64,000 bases of DNA from an uncultured Acidobacteriota bacterium (lineage in GTDB: Bacteria > Acidobacteriota > UBA6911 > RPQK01 > JAPXNP01): contig CAVZRV010000007.1 in assembly GCA_963777605.1 (NCBI GenBank), positions 32,001-96,000 on the forward strand, read 5' to 3'. How positions within the stretch are numbered: the first letter of the stretch is position 1; each line of letters starts with the position of its first letter. Positions 20,233 through 30,445 of the stretch are shown piece after piece. The notes under the pieces were generated by a model. It made no database searches. It worked only from the letters and a program-made list of their open reading frames with translations, and was not told the DNA's origin. The position numbers and the translations under genes are program-made.

Positions 20233-20814
20233 ATGAGTGGAGAATCAACCCGCAAAAAGTCTGCTTTTCAGGTATCCGATCGGCGCTTCTGGGCACAGGA
20301 TGAGTCGATCATTGACAGGGCGAATGTTCCCGAGTCCAAGTATCCTTCCTTTGTGGAAGAGCTTAAGGCCCGAACTGAAGCCGCAGAACAGAAACTGCGC
20401 GAACGGCTCGAACAACTCGACAAAGAAAACGCGGCCTACCGAGAGCGTCTGGAACGCTTGGTCGAGACGCGAGTAGACCGCATCAAGGCCGATCTCCTGC
20501 ATGAATACCTTGAAGTAGCAGACAATCTGGAGCGCGCGCTGGGAGCAGCGACTTCAGCAGACGCGTTCGAAGCGCTCAAAGAAGGAGTCTCACTCAACCT
20601 GGGACTCCTTCTGACGAAGTTGCGCGCTGCCGGTGTGGAGCCTGTAGAGACGCTCCATGCCCCCTTCGATCCTGCCCACGCTGAGGCCGTCGGGGTGATT
20701 TCGGTCGAGAGGCCCGAGCAGGACGGCCTGGTGCTCGAGGAGCTCCAAAAAGGCTATCGCCTCAAAGATCAGGTCTTGCGGCCCGCCCGAGTTCGAGTCG
20801 GCAAGATGGCGTAA
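20233..20814 (+). CDS. grpE: Nucleotide exchange factor GrpE
   Basis: Coiled coil, LEVADNLERAL, FDPAHAEAV, QKGYRL.D.VLRPARVRV. Confidence 0.93.
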   Translation: MSGESTRKKSAFQVSDRRFWAQDESIIDRANVPESKYPSFVEELKARTEAAEQKLRERLEQLDKENAAYRERLERLVETRVDRIKADLLHEYLEVADNLERALGAATSADAFEALKEGVSLNLGLLLTKLRAAGVEPVETLHAPFDPAHAEAVGVISVERPEQDGLVLEELQKGYRLKDQVLRPARVRVGKMA

Positions 20815-20876
20815 ACGGAGGCCTCAACCGCACCCGAGCAGGCACCGTGTTATGCCGAATGTGCCCTTCCTGGACC

Positions 20877-21518
20877 TCACTGCCGATACTCGATTCGAAT
20901 TGCCTTAATGATCTGCCGGCCGGCAGGACGGTACTTGAGCGCTGGGTGCTGCTGTTTGGTCAGGGGAGCGCGTGAGATTGCCTCCGCAACATCGATTCCA
21001 TCAACCACTTTTCCAAACACATTGTACTTCCCGTCCCAGTCCGGGGTGCGCTTCAACACGATGAAGAACTGGCAACTTCCACCGTTGTCGGCTCCGTCCT
21101 CGTGTCCCATGGCCACGGTCCCTCTTTCCATTGGAACAGCGCTGAACTCCTGGGGAAGGTACGCGCCCGAGGTTCCCTGCCCGTCATTGAAGGGATCGTT
21201 GTCACGAGAGAGGGGATCTCCACCCTGGATCATCCGATCCGCGATGACGCGGTGGAACGACGTCCGACCGTAGAAGCCGAGTTGGGCCAGTTCGATAAAA
21301 CTCTCCACCGTTTCCGGGGCAGCGTCCGGCAGCAGTTCCACGGTGATAATCCCTGAGTCGGTCTCAATGACGGCAAAAGGCCGTCCCTGTGGTTTCGGTT
21401 CGGTCTTCGGAGCCTGAGTCTGGGCTTCTGTCTTTGCGCCGGAGTTGTCCGGTCCCGCTTCACACCCTGACAAGGCCAGGGACAGGGCCAGACAGACGAC
21501 GAGTCCAAATGTCTTCAT
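20877..21518 (-). CDS. Cyclophilin-type peptidyl-prolyl isomerase, lipoprotein
   Basis: Lipobox LSGC; APETVESF, FHRVI..MIQGGDP, RGTVAM, QFFI, YNVFGKVVDG. Confidence 0.9.
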   Translation of the reverse strand: MKTFGLVVCLALSLALSGCEAGPDNSGAKTEAQTQAPKTEPKPQGRPFAVIETDSGIITVELLPDAAPETVESFIELAQLGFYGRTSFHRVIADRMIQGGDPLSRDNDPFNDGQGTSGAYLPQEFSAVPMERGTVAMGHEDGADNGGSCQFFIVLKRTPDWDGKYNVFGKVVDGIDVAEAISRAPLTKQQHPALKYRPAGRQIIKAIRIEYRQ

Positions 21519-21586
21519 GGCCCCGATTATGTACGACAAGTGCGACTGTGGCCAGATCACCAGGCGAGCAGGACGAATCCCTTCGC

Positions 21587-22120
21587 CTATTTTGCAGTGG
21601 GGACATCAACGGATCGCCAGCGGCGCTGCTTTCGTCGTCCCACACCTCCACTGAAGGTGTAGCACAGGGCCAACGCCAGAGCATCCGCAGCATCGTGGGG
21701 CTGAGGTGGCTCCCGCAGTCCGAGCAGCGTCTTGACCATTACCTGCACTTGCTGCTTGTCGGCGCGACCATAGCCCACGACCGATTTCTTGACTTCCAGG
21801 GGCGAGAACTCCACTAGTGCGAGGCCATTCAGTTGAGCCACAAGAAGGAGCACGCCGCGGACATGGCCCAAGGTCAGAGCACTCTTCACGTTGCTAGCGT
21901 GAAAAACGCTCTCAACCACCATGGCATCCGGACTGTGTTCCCGAATGATCTCGTTCAGGCGCTCAAATATCGTCTCCAGCCGGGCTGGGAAAGGAGGAGC
22001 AGGCCCGGATCCAACCAGGCGAATCGCCCCGTAGTCGAGACAGCGGACTTTATTTCCTTCAGTTCGCACCAGGCCGAAACCGGTCACCCGGCTGCCCGGG
22101 TCGACACCCAGGACCACCAT
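21587..22120 (-). CDS. ruvC: Holliday junction resolvase RuvC
   Basis: LGVDPGS, VESVF, VKKSVVGYGRADKQQV, DAADALA. Confidence 0.96.
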   Translation of the reverse strand: MVVLGVDPGSRVTGFGLVRTEGNKVRCLDYGAIRLVGSGPAPPFPARLETIFERLNEIIREHSPDAMVVESVFHASNVKSALTLGHVRGVLLLVAQLNGLALVEFSPLEVKKSVVGYGRADKQQVQVMVKTLLGLREPPQPHDAADALALALCYTFSGGVGRRKQRRWRSVDVPTAK

Positions 22121-22153
22121 GAAACTATCCTACCCGACGCGGACTGACCACTC

Positions 22154-22906
22154 TCAGCGGGAGGCGAAAGATTCCAGTTCTTCTTCGTCTATGTCGAAGT
22201 TGGCATAGACGTTTTGGACGTCGTCGTGATCCTCCAACGCTTCCATGAGATTCATCATCTGTCCGGCAGGTTTCCCCTCGAGATGGATCTCGTTCTGCGG
22301 GATCATGGTCAGCGAACTCTCTTCCATCTGGATGCCGGCACTCTCAATGGCCTGTTTGACCGCCTCGAACTGCTCCAGGGGAGTGTAGATCGAGTACATT
22401 TCGTCATCTGACTGCAGGTCTTCCGCTCCCGCTTCCAGGGCAATCTCAAGAAGCTTCTCTTCGGAAACTGCTTCCTTGCTGACAGCCAGGTAGCCCTTCT
22501 TGTCGAACATCCACTGGACACTGCCCGCTTCCCCCAGATTTCCGCCAGACCTGGAGAAGATGTACCGGATCTCGGCCACCGTGCGGTTCTTGTTGTCGGT
22601 CAACGTTTCCACGAATACCGCCACGCCGCCCGGGCCGTAACCCTCGTAGGAGGATTCCTCGTAGCTCTGCCCAGGCAGCTCACCGGTTCCCTTGAGGACG
22701 GCGCGCTTGATGTTGTCCTGGGGCATGTTGGCATCCTTGGCCGTCTGGATGGCTGCCCTCAGCCGTGGGTTGGACGCGAGATCCCCGCCACCTAGTCTGG
22801 CTGCAACACTGATTTCCTTGATGAGCCGGGTAAACACCTTTCCGCGTTTGGCATCAGCCGCCGCCTTCTTATGTTTAATGGAATGCCACTTGGAATGTCC
22901 GGACAT
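22154..22906 (-). CDS. yebC: YebC/PmpR family protein
   Basis: [35 protein letters not shown]. Confidence 0.97.
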   Translation of the reverse strand: MSGHSKWHSIKHKKAAADAKRGKVFTRLIKEISVAARLGGGDLASNPRLRAAIQTAKDANMPQDNIKRAVLKGTGELPGQSYEESSYEGYGPGGVAVFVETLTDNKNRTVAEIRYIFSRSGGNLGEAGSVQWMFDKKGYLAVSKEAVSEEKLLEIALEAGAEDLQSDDEMYSIYTPLEQFEAVKQAIESAGIQMEESSLTMIPQNEIHLEGKPAGQMMNLMEALEDHDDVQNVYANFDIDEEELESFASR

Positions 22907-23002
22907 ATCACTTCTCCTGTAAATTCTCCCTCTTACGGGCGTATTTTAGCATGGCCCAATTACAGTCGATACGGTCTTCTCGAATGGTCCCCTTCAGGGA
23001 TA

Positions 23003-23797
23003 ATGGGAGCTGTGAAGAATACCCGAAAGGAACAACCCAGTGCCAGGCTGACGGCGGGCAGGCGGCGGAAATATCGCGCCACCATCCAGTACGTGGGCTC
23101 CCGTTACCAGGGGTGGCAGATTCAGGCGGGGGGTCGAACCGTGCAGGGGGTCATTTCGGAGATCCTTACTCGCCTGGCCGGGGAACCCGTCACGGTAGTT
23201 GGCGCCGGCCGGACCGATTCGGGCGTTCATGCCCTTGGCCAGGTGGCCCACTTCTACTTCCGGGAAAAGGCCTCGATTCCCAACCTGCAGAAGACGATGA
23301 ATGCCCTGTTGCCGAACGACATCCGGATCTTCCGGCTCCGGCCCGTAGTTCCATCCTTCCATGCTCAGCATGGAGCCCGCCTCAAGCGCTACGAGTACCG
23401 AATCTTCACCGGCCCCGTGCTTTCTCCGTTCCTGATCGACCGAATTTGTCATTGCCCCGGGCCGCTGGAGGCGAGCCGGATGCGGGAAGCCGCCTCAATG
23501 CTGATCGGGTTGCACGATTTCACTTCTTTTACCGCTTCGGCAAGCCGGGTTCGGAATCGACGCAGGGAGTTGACCCGGTCCGAGGTCCGGCAACGCGGCA
23601 GCATGGTCCTGTATCGCGTGGAGGGGCGGGGATTCCTGCATCACATGGTCCGCAACATCGCCGGGACACTGATCGAGATCGGCCAGGGAAAGCGTGACGT
23701 TCAGGACATTCCGAGGATTCTGGAGGCTCGAGACCGCAGCGTTGCAGGCCCAACCGCTCCGGCAGCAGGACTTTACCTGGTGAGAATCTGGTACTGA
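23003..23797 (+). CDS. truA: tRNA pseudouridine(38-40) synthase
   Basis: YQGWQ.Q, GAGRTDSGVHA.GQ, HDFTSF, FLHHMVR, AGPTAPA.GLYL; start ATG 23003 or GTG 23012. Confidence 0.95.
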   Translation: MGAVKNTRKEQPSARLTAGRRRKYRATIQYVGSRYQGWQIQAGGRTVQGVISEILTRLAGEPVTVVGAGRTDSGVHALGQVAHFYFREKASIPNLQKTMNALLPNDIRIFRLRPVVPSFHAQHGARLKRYEYRIFTGPVLSPFLIDRICHCPGPLEASRMREAASMLIGLHDFTSFTASASRVRNRRRELTRSEVRQRGSMVLYRVEGRGFLHHMVRNIAGTLIEIGQGKRDVQDIPRILEARDRSVAGPTAPAAGLYLVRIWY

Positions 23798-23916
23798 CCG
23801 GCACTCGCAAGCACGCCAGTCCCTCCCCTTCGAAGGGGGCAAGCAAGACCGCCAAACTGCACATTCGCACCCACGTGGCCGCACGGTTGTCCATGCGCGA
23901 CCGCGGATGATAGAGT

Positions 23917-24720
23917 TTGCTGGCTTCTATGTCTGTATTTTCAAAGAATTTCGAGGGTATTATCCAGCCGGGCAGCCGCGAGTGGGATCTCCTGGAAAAG
24001 GTCGATCCCAAACGCCTGCCCCGCCATCTCGCCATCATCATGGACGGCAACGGCCGTTGGGCAAGACAGCGCGGTCTCCCCAGGGTCGAGGGACATCGTG
24101 CAGGGATCGAGGCGGTGCGGGCGGCGCTCGAGTACTCTGCACGCCTGGAGATTCCGGCGCTCACTCTCTACGCCTTTTCGGCGGAGAACTGGAAGCGCCC
24201 CGCGGACGAAGTCAAGACGCTCTGGTCGCTGCTCCGGCGTTACCTGAGAAGTGAACTCAAGACGCTCCAGGAACACTCCATCCGATTCACTCCCATCGGC
24301 CGGATCCACGAACTGCCCCCGCGAGTTCGGGAAGAACTGCTTCGAGCCCAGGACGAGACCAGAGAAAACGACCGGATGGACCTCGCAATAGCCTTGAACT
24401 ACAGCGGGCGCCTCGAAATTGTGGATGCCTTCAACAGTCTGGCTTCCAGCGCGATCGACCGCCCAATCAATGAAGAGGATGTCTCGCGGCACCTTTATAC
24501 GTCTAATCTTCCCAACCTGGATCTGCTCATACGAACCAGCGGCGAAATGCGGCTCAGCAATTTCCTTCTGTGGCAGGTTGCCTACGCCGAGATCTACGTT
24601 TCGCAGGTCCTCTGGCCGGACTTCAGGGGCATCGATCTTCTCGAGGCGGTCATCGCCTTCCAGCAACGGGAACGGCGTTTTGGAGGCCTCGACCCGAAGG
24701 TGAAACAGGTAACCCAATGA
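23917..24720 (+). CDS. uppS: Undecaprenyl diphosphate synthase
   Basis: HLAIIMDGNGRWA, YAFSAENWKRP, LLIRTSGEMRLSNFLLWQ. Confidence 0.97.
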   Translation: MLASMSVFSKNFEGIIQPGSREWDLLEKVDPKRLPRHLAIIMDGNGRWARQRGLPRVEGHRAGIEAVRAALEYSARLEIPALTLYAFSAENWKRPADEVKTLWSLLRRYLRSELKTLQEHSIRFTPIGRIHELPPRVREELLRAQDETRENDRMDLAIALNYSGRLEIVDAFNSLASSAIDRPINEEDVSRHLYTSNLPNLDLLIRTSGEMRLSNFLLWQVAYAEIYVSQVLWPDFRGIDLLEAVIAFQQRERRFGGLDPKVKQVTQ

Positions 24721-25541
24721 CTGCAAGGATTCTCACCGCAGTTGTCCTGATCCCGGTTGTCCTGGCGGCGATTTTTCTGGCTCCCCTCTGGGCCTTTCTG
24801 ATCCTCATCACGGTGACCGGGATTCTCGGGCTCAGAGAATTTCAGAATCTCCTCGGAAAATCGGGCGCGGCACTTCTCCCCGAGACGTACCCGGCGCTCG
24901 CACTGGCGCCATGGATAGCCGGATACTTCGGAGCCTGGTTACCCGCCTTTCTGCTGGCCGTGTTCCTGCTGCTTGCGTTCAGCCTGCTCGTGCGGGTCCG
25001 CGACGTCAAGCAGGGACTGCCGACGCTGGGAGGGAGTCTGCTCGCGCTGGTCTACATCGGACTCCCCATCTCGCTGACGGGGCTGCTCCATCCCAAGGCT
25101 ACGGAGTGGGCCTTCGGATCCGGTGTCCAGCACCACCTCGTCACCGTACTCGTCATCGTCTGGGCAAGCGACTCGGCCGCCTACTTCGTTGGTCGAGCGA
25201 TCGGGCGGCACAAGGTCCTGACTCACCTGAGTCCCAAGAAATCTCTCGAGGGTTTCATCGCCGGCATCACCGTACCGACCCTGCTGTTGCCCCTTGCCGG
25301 CCAGATTCTCCTGCCCGGGCGGTCGGTTCTCTTTCTGGTCGTTACCGGGTTGGTGGTCAGTATTGCCGGGGAATCTGGCGACTTGCTCGAATCGATGTTC
25401 AAACGGGGAGCCGGCGTAAAGGACACCTCTCAACTGCTTCCGGGACACGGGGGAATCCTCGATCGGATCGACAGCCTGTTGACCGCTTTCCCCGCCTATT
25501 TCCTGCTGGTGATTCTGTTAGAATCGCCGACGCTGGCATGA
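24717..25541 (+). CDS. cdsA: Phosphatidate cytidylyltransferase
   Basis: ATG overlaps uppS stop; SDSAAYFVG, SPKKSLEG, GDLLES..KR..GVKD...PGHGGILDRIDS. Confidence 0.95.
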   Translation: MTARILTAVVLIPVVLAAIFLAPLWAFLILITVTGILGLREFQNLLGKSGAALLPETYPALALAPWIAGYFGAWLPAFLLAVFLLLAFSLLVRVRDVKQGLPTLGGSLLALVYIGLPISLTGLLHPKATEWAFGSGVQHHLVTVLVIVWASDSAAYFVGRAIGRHKVLTHLSPKKSLEGFIAGITVPTLLLPLAGQILLPGRSVLFLVVTGLVVSIAGESGDLLESMFKRGAGVKDTSQLLPGHGGILDRIDSLLTAFPAYFLLVILLESPTLA

Positions 25542-25545
25542 ATCA

Positions 25546-26715
25546 ATGAGACGATTGTCGATTTTGGGTTCCACCGGTTCCATCGGGCAGAGCGCCCTCA
25601 GCCTCGCCGGCCTGTACCCTGATCGAATCGAAATCGTTGCTCTCGCCGCCCGGAGGAATTCGGCTGCCCTCTATTCCCAGGTGGAGAAATTCCATCCCCG
25701 GTTGGTTGCCTTGCACGATCCGGCTGCCGCGGAGGAACTGCGGCGTCAAGTGCCGTCTGTCAAAGTAGTCTCTGGAGTTGAAGGCTTGACCGAAGTGGCC
25801 TGTCACCCGGATGCCGACACGGTAGTATCCGCCGTGACCGGTGCCGCCGGACTCAAGCCCACCTACCACGCGGTGGAGGAAGGCAAGACGATTGCACTGG
25901 CCAACAAAGAGGCGATGGTCATGGCGGGAGGTCTCCTGGTCCCTCTCGCGGAGTCCTGCGGGAGCACGATCCTTCCCGTAGACAGCGAGCACAGTGCGCT
26001 GCATCAGTGCCTGCGGGGCAGCAGAAGATCCGAAGTCAAGCGACTGATCCTGACGGCATCGGGAGGTCCGTTCATCGATCATTCCCCAAGTGAACTGACT
26101 ACCGTCACGGTGGAAGAGGCACTCAACCACCCCACCTGGAGCATGGGGCAGAAAATTACCATCGACTCGGCGACCTTGATGAACAAGGGGCTCGAGGTGA
26201 TCGAAGCGCACCATTTCTTTGGCGTTACGGAGAACCGCATTTCGGTAGTGGTTCACCCGCAGTCGGTGATCCACTCGATTGTGGAGTTCGTGGACGGGAC
26301 GATGCTTGCCCAAATGAGTATTACCGACATGCGCTCCTGTCTCCTCTATGCCCTCGGCCTGCCGGGCCGCTGGGAATCCCGCCTTCCTGCGCTGGACCTG
26401 TACAGTATCCCTTCGCTCGAGTTCCGGGCGCCGGATCAGGATCGATTCCCCTGTTTACGACTGGCTTACGAAGCACTTCGAATGGGAGGCACCTTCCCGA
26501 CCGTGCTCAATGCCGCCAACGAGGTGGCGGTTGCCCTGTTTCTCGAACACCGACTCCCGTTCAGTGGGATTCCGATACTCATCGAGCAAGCCCTTCAGCA
26601 GCACTCTCCTGTTGCCGTGTCCGGCCTCGATGACCTCCTCGAGGTCGACCGACGCACGCGGGCATCGGTAGCCCGGAGTCAGGCCCGGACCGGGGCTGGT
26701 GACGAGGAGAAATGA
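25546..26715 (+). CDS. dxr: 1-deoxy-D-xylulose 5-phosphate reductoisomerase
   Basis: LGSTGSIG, LANKE, PVDSEH, TASGGPF, HPTWSMG.KITIDSATLMNKGLE, NAANE. Confidence 0.97.
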   Translation: MRRLSILGSTGSIGQSALSLAGLYPDRIEIVALAARRNSAALYSQVEKFHPRLVALHDPAAAEELRRQVPSVKVVSGVEGLTEVACHPDADTVVSAVTGAAGLKPTYHAVEEGKTIALANKEAMVMAGGLLVPLAESCGSTILPVDSEHSALHQCLRGSRRSEVKRLILTASGGPFIDHSPSELTTVTVEEALNHPTWSMGQKITIDSATLMNKGLEVIEAHHFFGVTENRISVVVHPQSVIHSIVEFVDGTMLAQMSITDMRSCLLYALGLPGRWESRLPALDLYSIPSLEFRAPDQDRFPCLRLAYEALRMGGTFPTVLNAANEVAVALFLEHRLPFSGIPILIEQALQQHSPVAVSGLDDLLEVDRRTRASVARSQARTGAGDEEK

Positions 26716-26781
26716 AACGGCTTACCGGCTTTTGCGTCTTACATTTAGAAATGGATCTGTGCTGAAAGGAATGGCTGGACC

Positions 26782-28112
26782 TTGGAAGCGATAAATTCAA
26801 TAAGCTGGACTCTAGTTTCCTTCATTTTCGTACTGGGGATCATGATCTTCGTCCACGAACTGGGCCATTACCTCATGGCCAAGATCCTGGGCATTCGGGT
26901 CGAGGTGTTCTCCCTGGGATTCGGACCCCGATTGATCGGATTCAAGTGGGGCGATACCGACTACCGGATTTCCGCACTGCCGCTTGGTGGCTTTGTAAAA
27001 ATGCTGGGTGAGAACTATGACGAGGACTTGAGCGGAAGTAATGACGAGTTTCTGTCCCGGCCCAAAATCCACCGCTTTGCGGTGGCGGTCGCAGGCCCGG
27101 TGATGAATGTCATTCTGGCCGTCGTCCTGTTGACTGGGATCTACATCGTCGGAATCCAGGTCCCGGCCTACCTCAGCCAACACCCTGTCGTCGGTTACGT
27201 CGCGGCCGATTCTCCCGCATCAGATGCCGGCATCGAAGACGGCGACCAGATTCTCTCAGTCGGTGACGTATCGACTCCTACCTGGGAGTCGCTTCAGCTA
27301 ACGGTAGCGACAACTCCCGGACAGACCGTTGAGGTCCAGATTGAGCGCTCTGGCCAGGAATATCAGAAGATCGTCCACATTTCCGAGGATCCGACTTCGG
27401 GCGCAGGTTACATGGGTGTTCTACCACCCTCTCAGGCGATGGTTTCGGCTGTCGAGGAATCTGGACCCGCCGCCAAGGCAGGGCTTAAGCCGGGAGACAT
27501 CATCATATCGGCCTCCAGCGAAGGCTCCAAGACCGACAAGTACGATCAGATCCTCTCCGTAATCGCCTCTTCGAACGGGCGCCCTGTGGATTTCGAGATC
27601 AAACGTGGCGACGAGACCTTCTCGCGGTCTATCACGCCGATTGAAATCGATGGCAAGACCAGAGTCGGAGTGGTCATCGGCCCGGTTCCGATTCTGGAAA
27701 GCAGAACCGAGCGGTACGGACTGTTCACGGCCCTCGGAAAAGCCACCGAGAGAAACTGGCAACTCACGATGCTCACGTTCCGAATCGTAGGGAAGCTGGT
27801 TACCGGCCAGACTTCCATAAAGATGATGTCCGGTCCCATCGAGATAGCCCGGGTCTCCGGGCCAGGCGGCCGTCTCAGGGTGCGATCGCGCTGGTCTCGT
27901 TCATGTCCCTGATTTCGCTGCAGCTCGGAATCTTCAACCTGCTCCCCATACCGATCCTGGACGGGGGGACCATCTTCCTGATGATCATCGAGAGCCTCAT
28001 CGGCCGTGAACTCAGCATGAAAGCCAAGGAACGGATCTTCCAGGTCGGATTCATCTTCCTGATCCTGCTCATGAGCATTGTAATCTTCAACGATATCGCC
28101 AAGATCTTCTGA
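26782..28112 (+). CDS. rseP: RIP metalloprotease RseP, split by a frameshift near 27860-27872
   Basis: HELGH, LPLGG.VKM, AGP..N and two PDZ domains in 26782-27912; C-terminal NLLPIPILDGG in the +2 frame (27903-28112). Confidence 0.92.
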
Positions 28113-28166
28113 AGCGGCGACTGGGCTTCCAACGCCGGTTGGGCGGGCTGAGCAACTCGCGGGGTC

Positions 28167-29201
28167 TCAGTGCACCACGTAGCTCAGGACAGTGACTCCG
28201 ACGTATACCGCCAGCAGGACGAATCCGAACGGTCTCTTCATGTGGGTCCCCGAAAGCAGAATGCCGACCCGAAAGACCAGCAAGACCAGGAGCATCGACG
28301 GGAAATAGAGGGTGAAAAAATGCGCCGGAGCCGCCAGGCCTCCCGTCGTCGCCGCGGCAGCGGCACCAGCGACGAAAAGGACATTCAGGATATCGGCGCC
28401 GATAATGTTCCCGACTGCCAGCTCTCCATGCCCCTTCCGGGCGGCCGTTACCGCCGTTACCAGTTCCGGCAGGGAGGTTCCGAAGGCAACCATGGTTGCC
28501 GCAATTATGCTCTCCGGCACTCCAAGCCGCTCAGCCGCCTCTGACACCGCAGGGATCAACACCCACGACGAAGCGACCACCAAAGCCAGTGCGGCGAGGA
28601 GTTTCAAGACAGCCGCAACCGACGACTCCATCGGGCTTGGACTCACTTCGGCGAGTTGTGGTCCAACCTCCGCGCCTCCTTCACTTCGTGCCCACCGGAC
28701 ACTGAAGAAGAGGTAGAGCCCCAGCAGGCCGAGGAAGAGAATGCCCAACGCCCGGGGAAGCCCGCCACCGGCGGAAAAGGCTGAACCGGGGTCAGCCCAG
28801 GGAAGACAGGAAGCTACCAGTCCAAAGCCGCAGAACAACTGGATCCATCCCTGCCGGTTGACAATGTGCCGATCCAGGGGCAGCGGGGATATCAGGCATG
28901 CCAGCCCCAGAATCAGGCCGGTATCGCAGATGATGGACCCAACTGCGTTCCCGAGTGCCAGTCCGGGACGCCCCTGAACAGCCGCGAGCACCGATACCAC
29001 CGCCTCGGGAGAAGTCGTTCCCAGGCTCACAACGGTTGCGCCGATGACAACTTTGGGAATACCGGAACGGCTCGAAAGGGTTACCGCCTCGGCGACAAGC
29101 CAGTCCGCAGCCCGACCCAGGAGCCCCAGGCAAACCCCGATCACGACCGCCAAGACAGGCCAGGGAGCCTGTGCCAGAAGGTGTGCCAGGTACTCTTCCA
29201 T
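28167..29201 (-). CDS. Ca2+/Na+ antiporter (CaCA, YrbG-like)
   Basis: Two alpha repeats GTTSPE and GTSLPEL; GNAVGS and GNIIGA. Confidence 0.9.
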   Translation of the reverse strand: MEEYLAHLLAQAPWPVLAVVIGVCLGLLGRAADWLVAEAVTLSSRSGIPKVVIGATVVSLGTTSPEAVVSVLAAVQGRPGLALGNAVGSIICDTGLILGLACLISPLPLDRHIVNRQGWIQLFCGFGLVASCLPWADPGSAFSAGGGLPRALGILFLGLLGLYLFFSVRWARSEGGAEVGPQLAEVSPSPMESSVAAVLKLLAALALVVASSWVLIPAVSEAAERLGVPESIIAATMVAFGTSLPELVTAVTAARKGHGELAVGNIIGADILNVLFVAGAAAAATTGGLAAPAHFFTLYFPSMLLVLLVFRVGILLSGTHMKRPFGFVLLAVYVGVTVLSYVVH

Positions 29202-29314
29202 TAGCCGCGTCCCCGCATGAACTGACTATCCTAGCAGGAATGCAACCTGGGGTGCCGAAAGCCGGAGGGCCTTGGCTGGTGTCCTGGGTCAGGACATCAA
29301 GGAAGGAAAGAGAC

Positions 29315-29366
29315 AAAAATAAATAAGGGAAGGCTTATCCGGAAAGAAACCGGAAAAAACCTCCCC
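29315..29366 (-). terminator. Intrinsic terminator after the STAS gene
   Basis: Minus strand GGGGAGGTTTTTTCCGG...CCGGATAAGCCTTCCC stem followed by TTATTTATTTTT. Confidence 0.7.
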
Positions 29367-29392
29367 AAAACTATCCTGGGCCTACTCAGCGC

Positions 29393-29728
29393 CTAGAAAC
29401 TGCCTACTGCCTCGGCCTCATCGTCGAACGTGTCGAATACGGTGAGCAGCTTCGTAATCGCGAGCAGCTCGTGCAGCTTCTTGGTCAGGTTGAGCAGCTT
29501 CAGCTGACCGCCCTGGTTGGTGACGGTCGTGAAGGAGCTGACCAACTCGCCAATCCCGGAACTATCCACGTAGCTCACGTTACCCATGTTCAGCAGGATC
29601 TTCTTTCTTCCGGCCTGCAGCAGGTCCCGCACATGGTTGCGGATCTCCGCGCTGCCCTCACCTATTGTGATCTTGCCGTGGATATCCATAATGGTCACGT
29701 CACTCACGGTTCGAGTTTCAATCTTCAT
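29393..29728 (-). CDS. STAS-domain anti-sigma factor antagonist (RsbV-like)
   Basis: VSYVDSSGIGELV phospho-Ser motif; 111 aa. Confidence 0.93.
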   Translation of the reverse strand: MKIETRTVSDVTIMDIHGKITIGEGSAEIRNHVRDLLQAGRKKILLNMGNVSYVDSSGIGELVSSFTTVTNQGGQLKLLNLTKKLHELLAITKLLTVFDTFDDEAEAVGSF

Positions 29729-30173
29729 GTTCCTCTCCCTGATGGTTACTGCCTCGAAGCTTTTCCATTATCACATCATGCCCGCCTTCGGGACGAACAT
29801 GGAACCTGACATTATCCATGAATGATCGCACAAAGAATATTCCACGTCCCCTGGGCTTGAGAAGATTTTCCGGATTCAGCGGATCGGGGATATCCGTTTC
29901 GCTAATTCCGTCGCCCTGGTCTCTCACCGTGATGACCAACCGCTCCGCCGATGTCTCGAAAAAGATTCGGACCTTCTTCTCCCTGTCTTCCCGGTTTCCG
30001 TGCTGGATCGCGTTCGTAACGGTCTCGCGCACCGACAATCCAATCCAATACAGGTCGTCGTTCTCGAACCCCATCATCCGGGCAACCCTGTCGGAAATCT
30101 CCTGAACCAAATCCAGGAAGGTGACGTCACTACCGAATGCAAGCTCAATCTCGTTGTGTTGCGACGAACTCAC
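29718..30173 (-). CDS. Anti-sigma factor Ser kinase (RsbW-like HATPase)
   Basis: ETVTNAIQHG, VRDQGDG, RGRGIF..RSFMD. Confidence 0.92.
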   Translation of the reverse strand: MSSSQHNEIELAFGSDVTFLDLVQEISDRVARMMGFENDDLYWIGLSVRETVTNAIQHGNREDREKKVRIFFETSAERLVITVRDQGDGISETDIPDPLNPENLLKPRGRGIFFVRSFMDNVRFHVRPEGGHDVIMEKLRGSNHQGEEHED

Positions 30174-30279
30174 GGAAAGTTCTTTCGTCTAACGACCGGC
30201 GACCACCCTAGCATCCCAGCGGCACACCAACTAACGGGAACGAGAACCAATCGCAAACCTGCTCCTTCTAAGAACGTGC

Positions 30280-30309
30280 ATGTTAATCACTGGAAACAGT
30301 TCTTGTCAA
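30280..30309 (-). promoter_or_regulatory. Sigma70-like promoter TTGACA-N18-TAACAT for the rsbW/V-like pair
   Basis: Perfect -35 and a 4/6 -10 about 105 nt upstream of the start. Confidence 0.55.
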
Positions 30310-30445
30310 CGGAGCCTGACAACTGAACCTCTTGGAAACGGGCCGCTTCCCGCCCATGTCCTGCCCGTCAATCCGGGGAACCCGGGCCGGCCTCGTCCCA
30401 GGCCGGCCCAACTGGTCCAAGTTCTTTGAGTAGTTATTTGATAAG

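Noticed and set aside
29270-29310. GGTCAGGACATCAAGGAAGG resembling the SRP RNA core
   Set aside because: Lacks the CCGGAAGGAAGCAGC loop and a long closing stem; only a local GTGTCCTG/CAGGACAT hairpin.
30384-30409. GGGCCGGCCT/AGGCCGGCCC hairpin as a REP element
   Set aside because: No second copy noticed in the window and no U-tract; function cannot be assigned.
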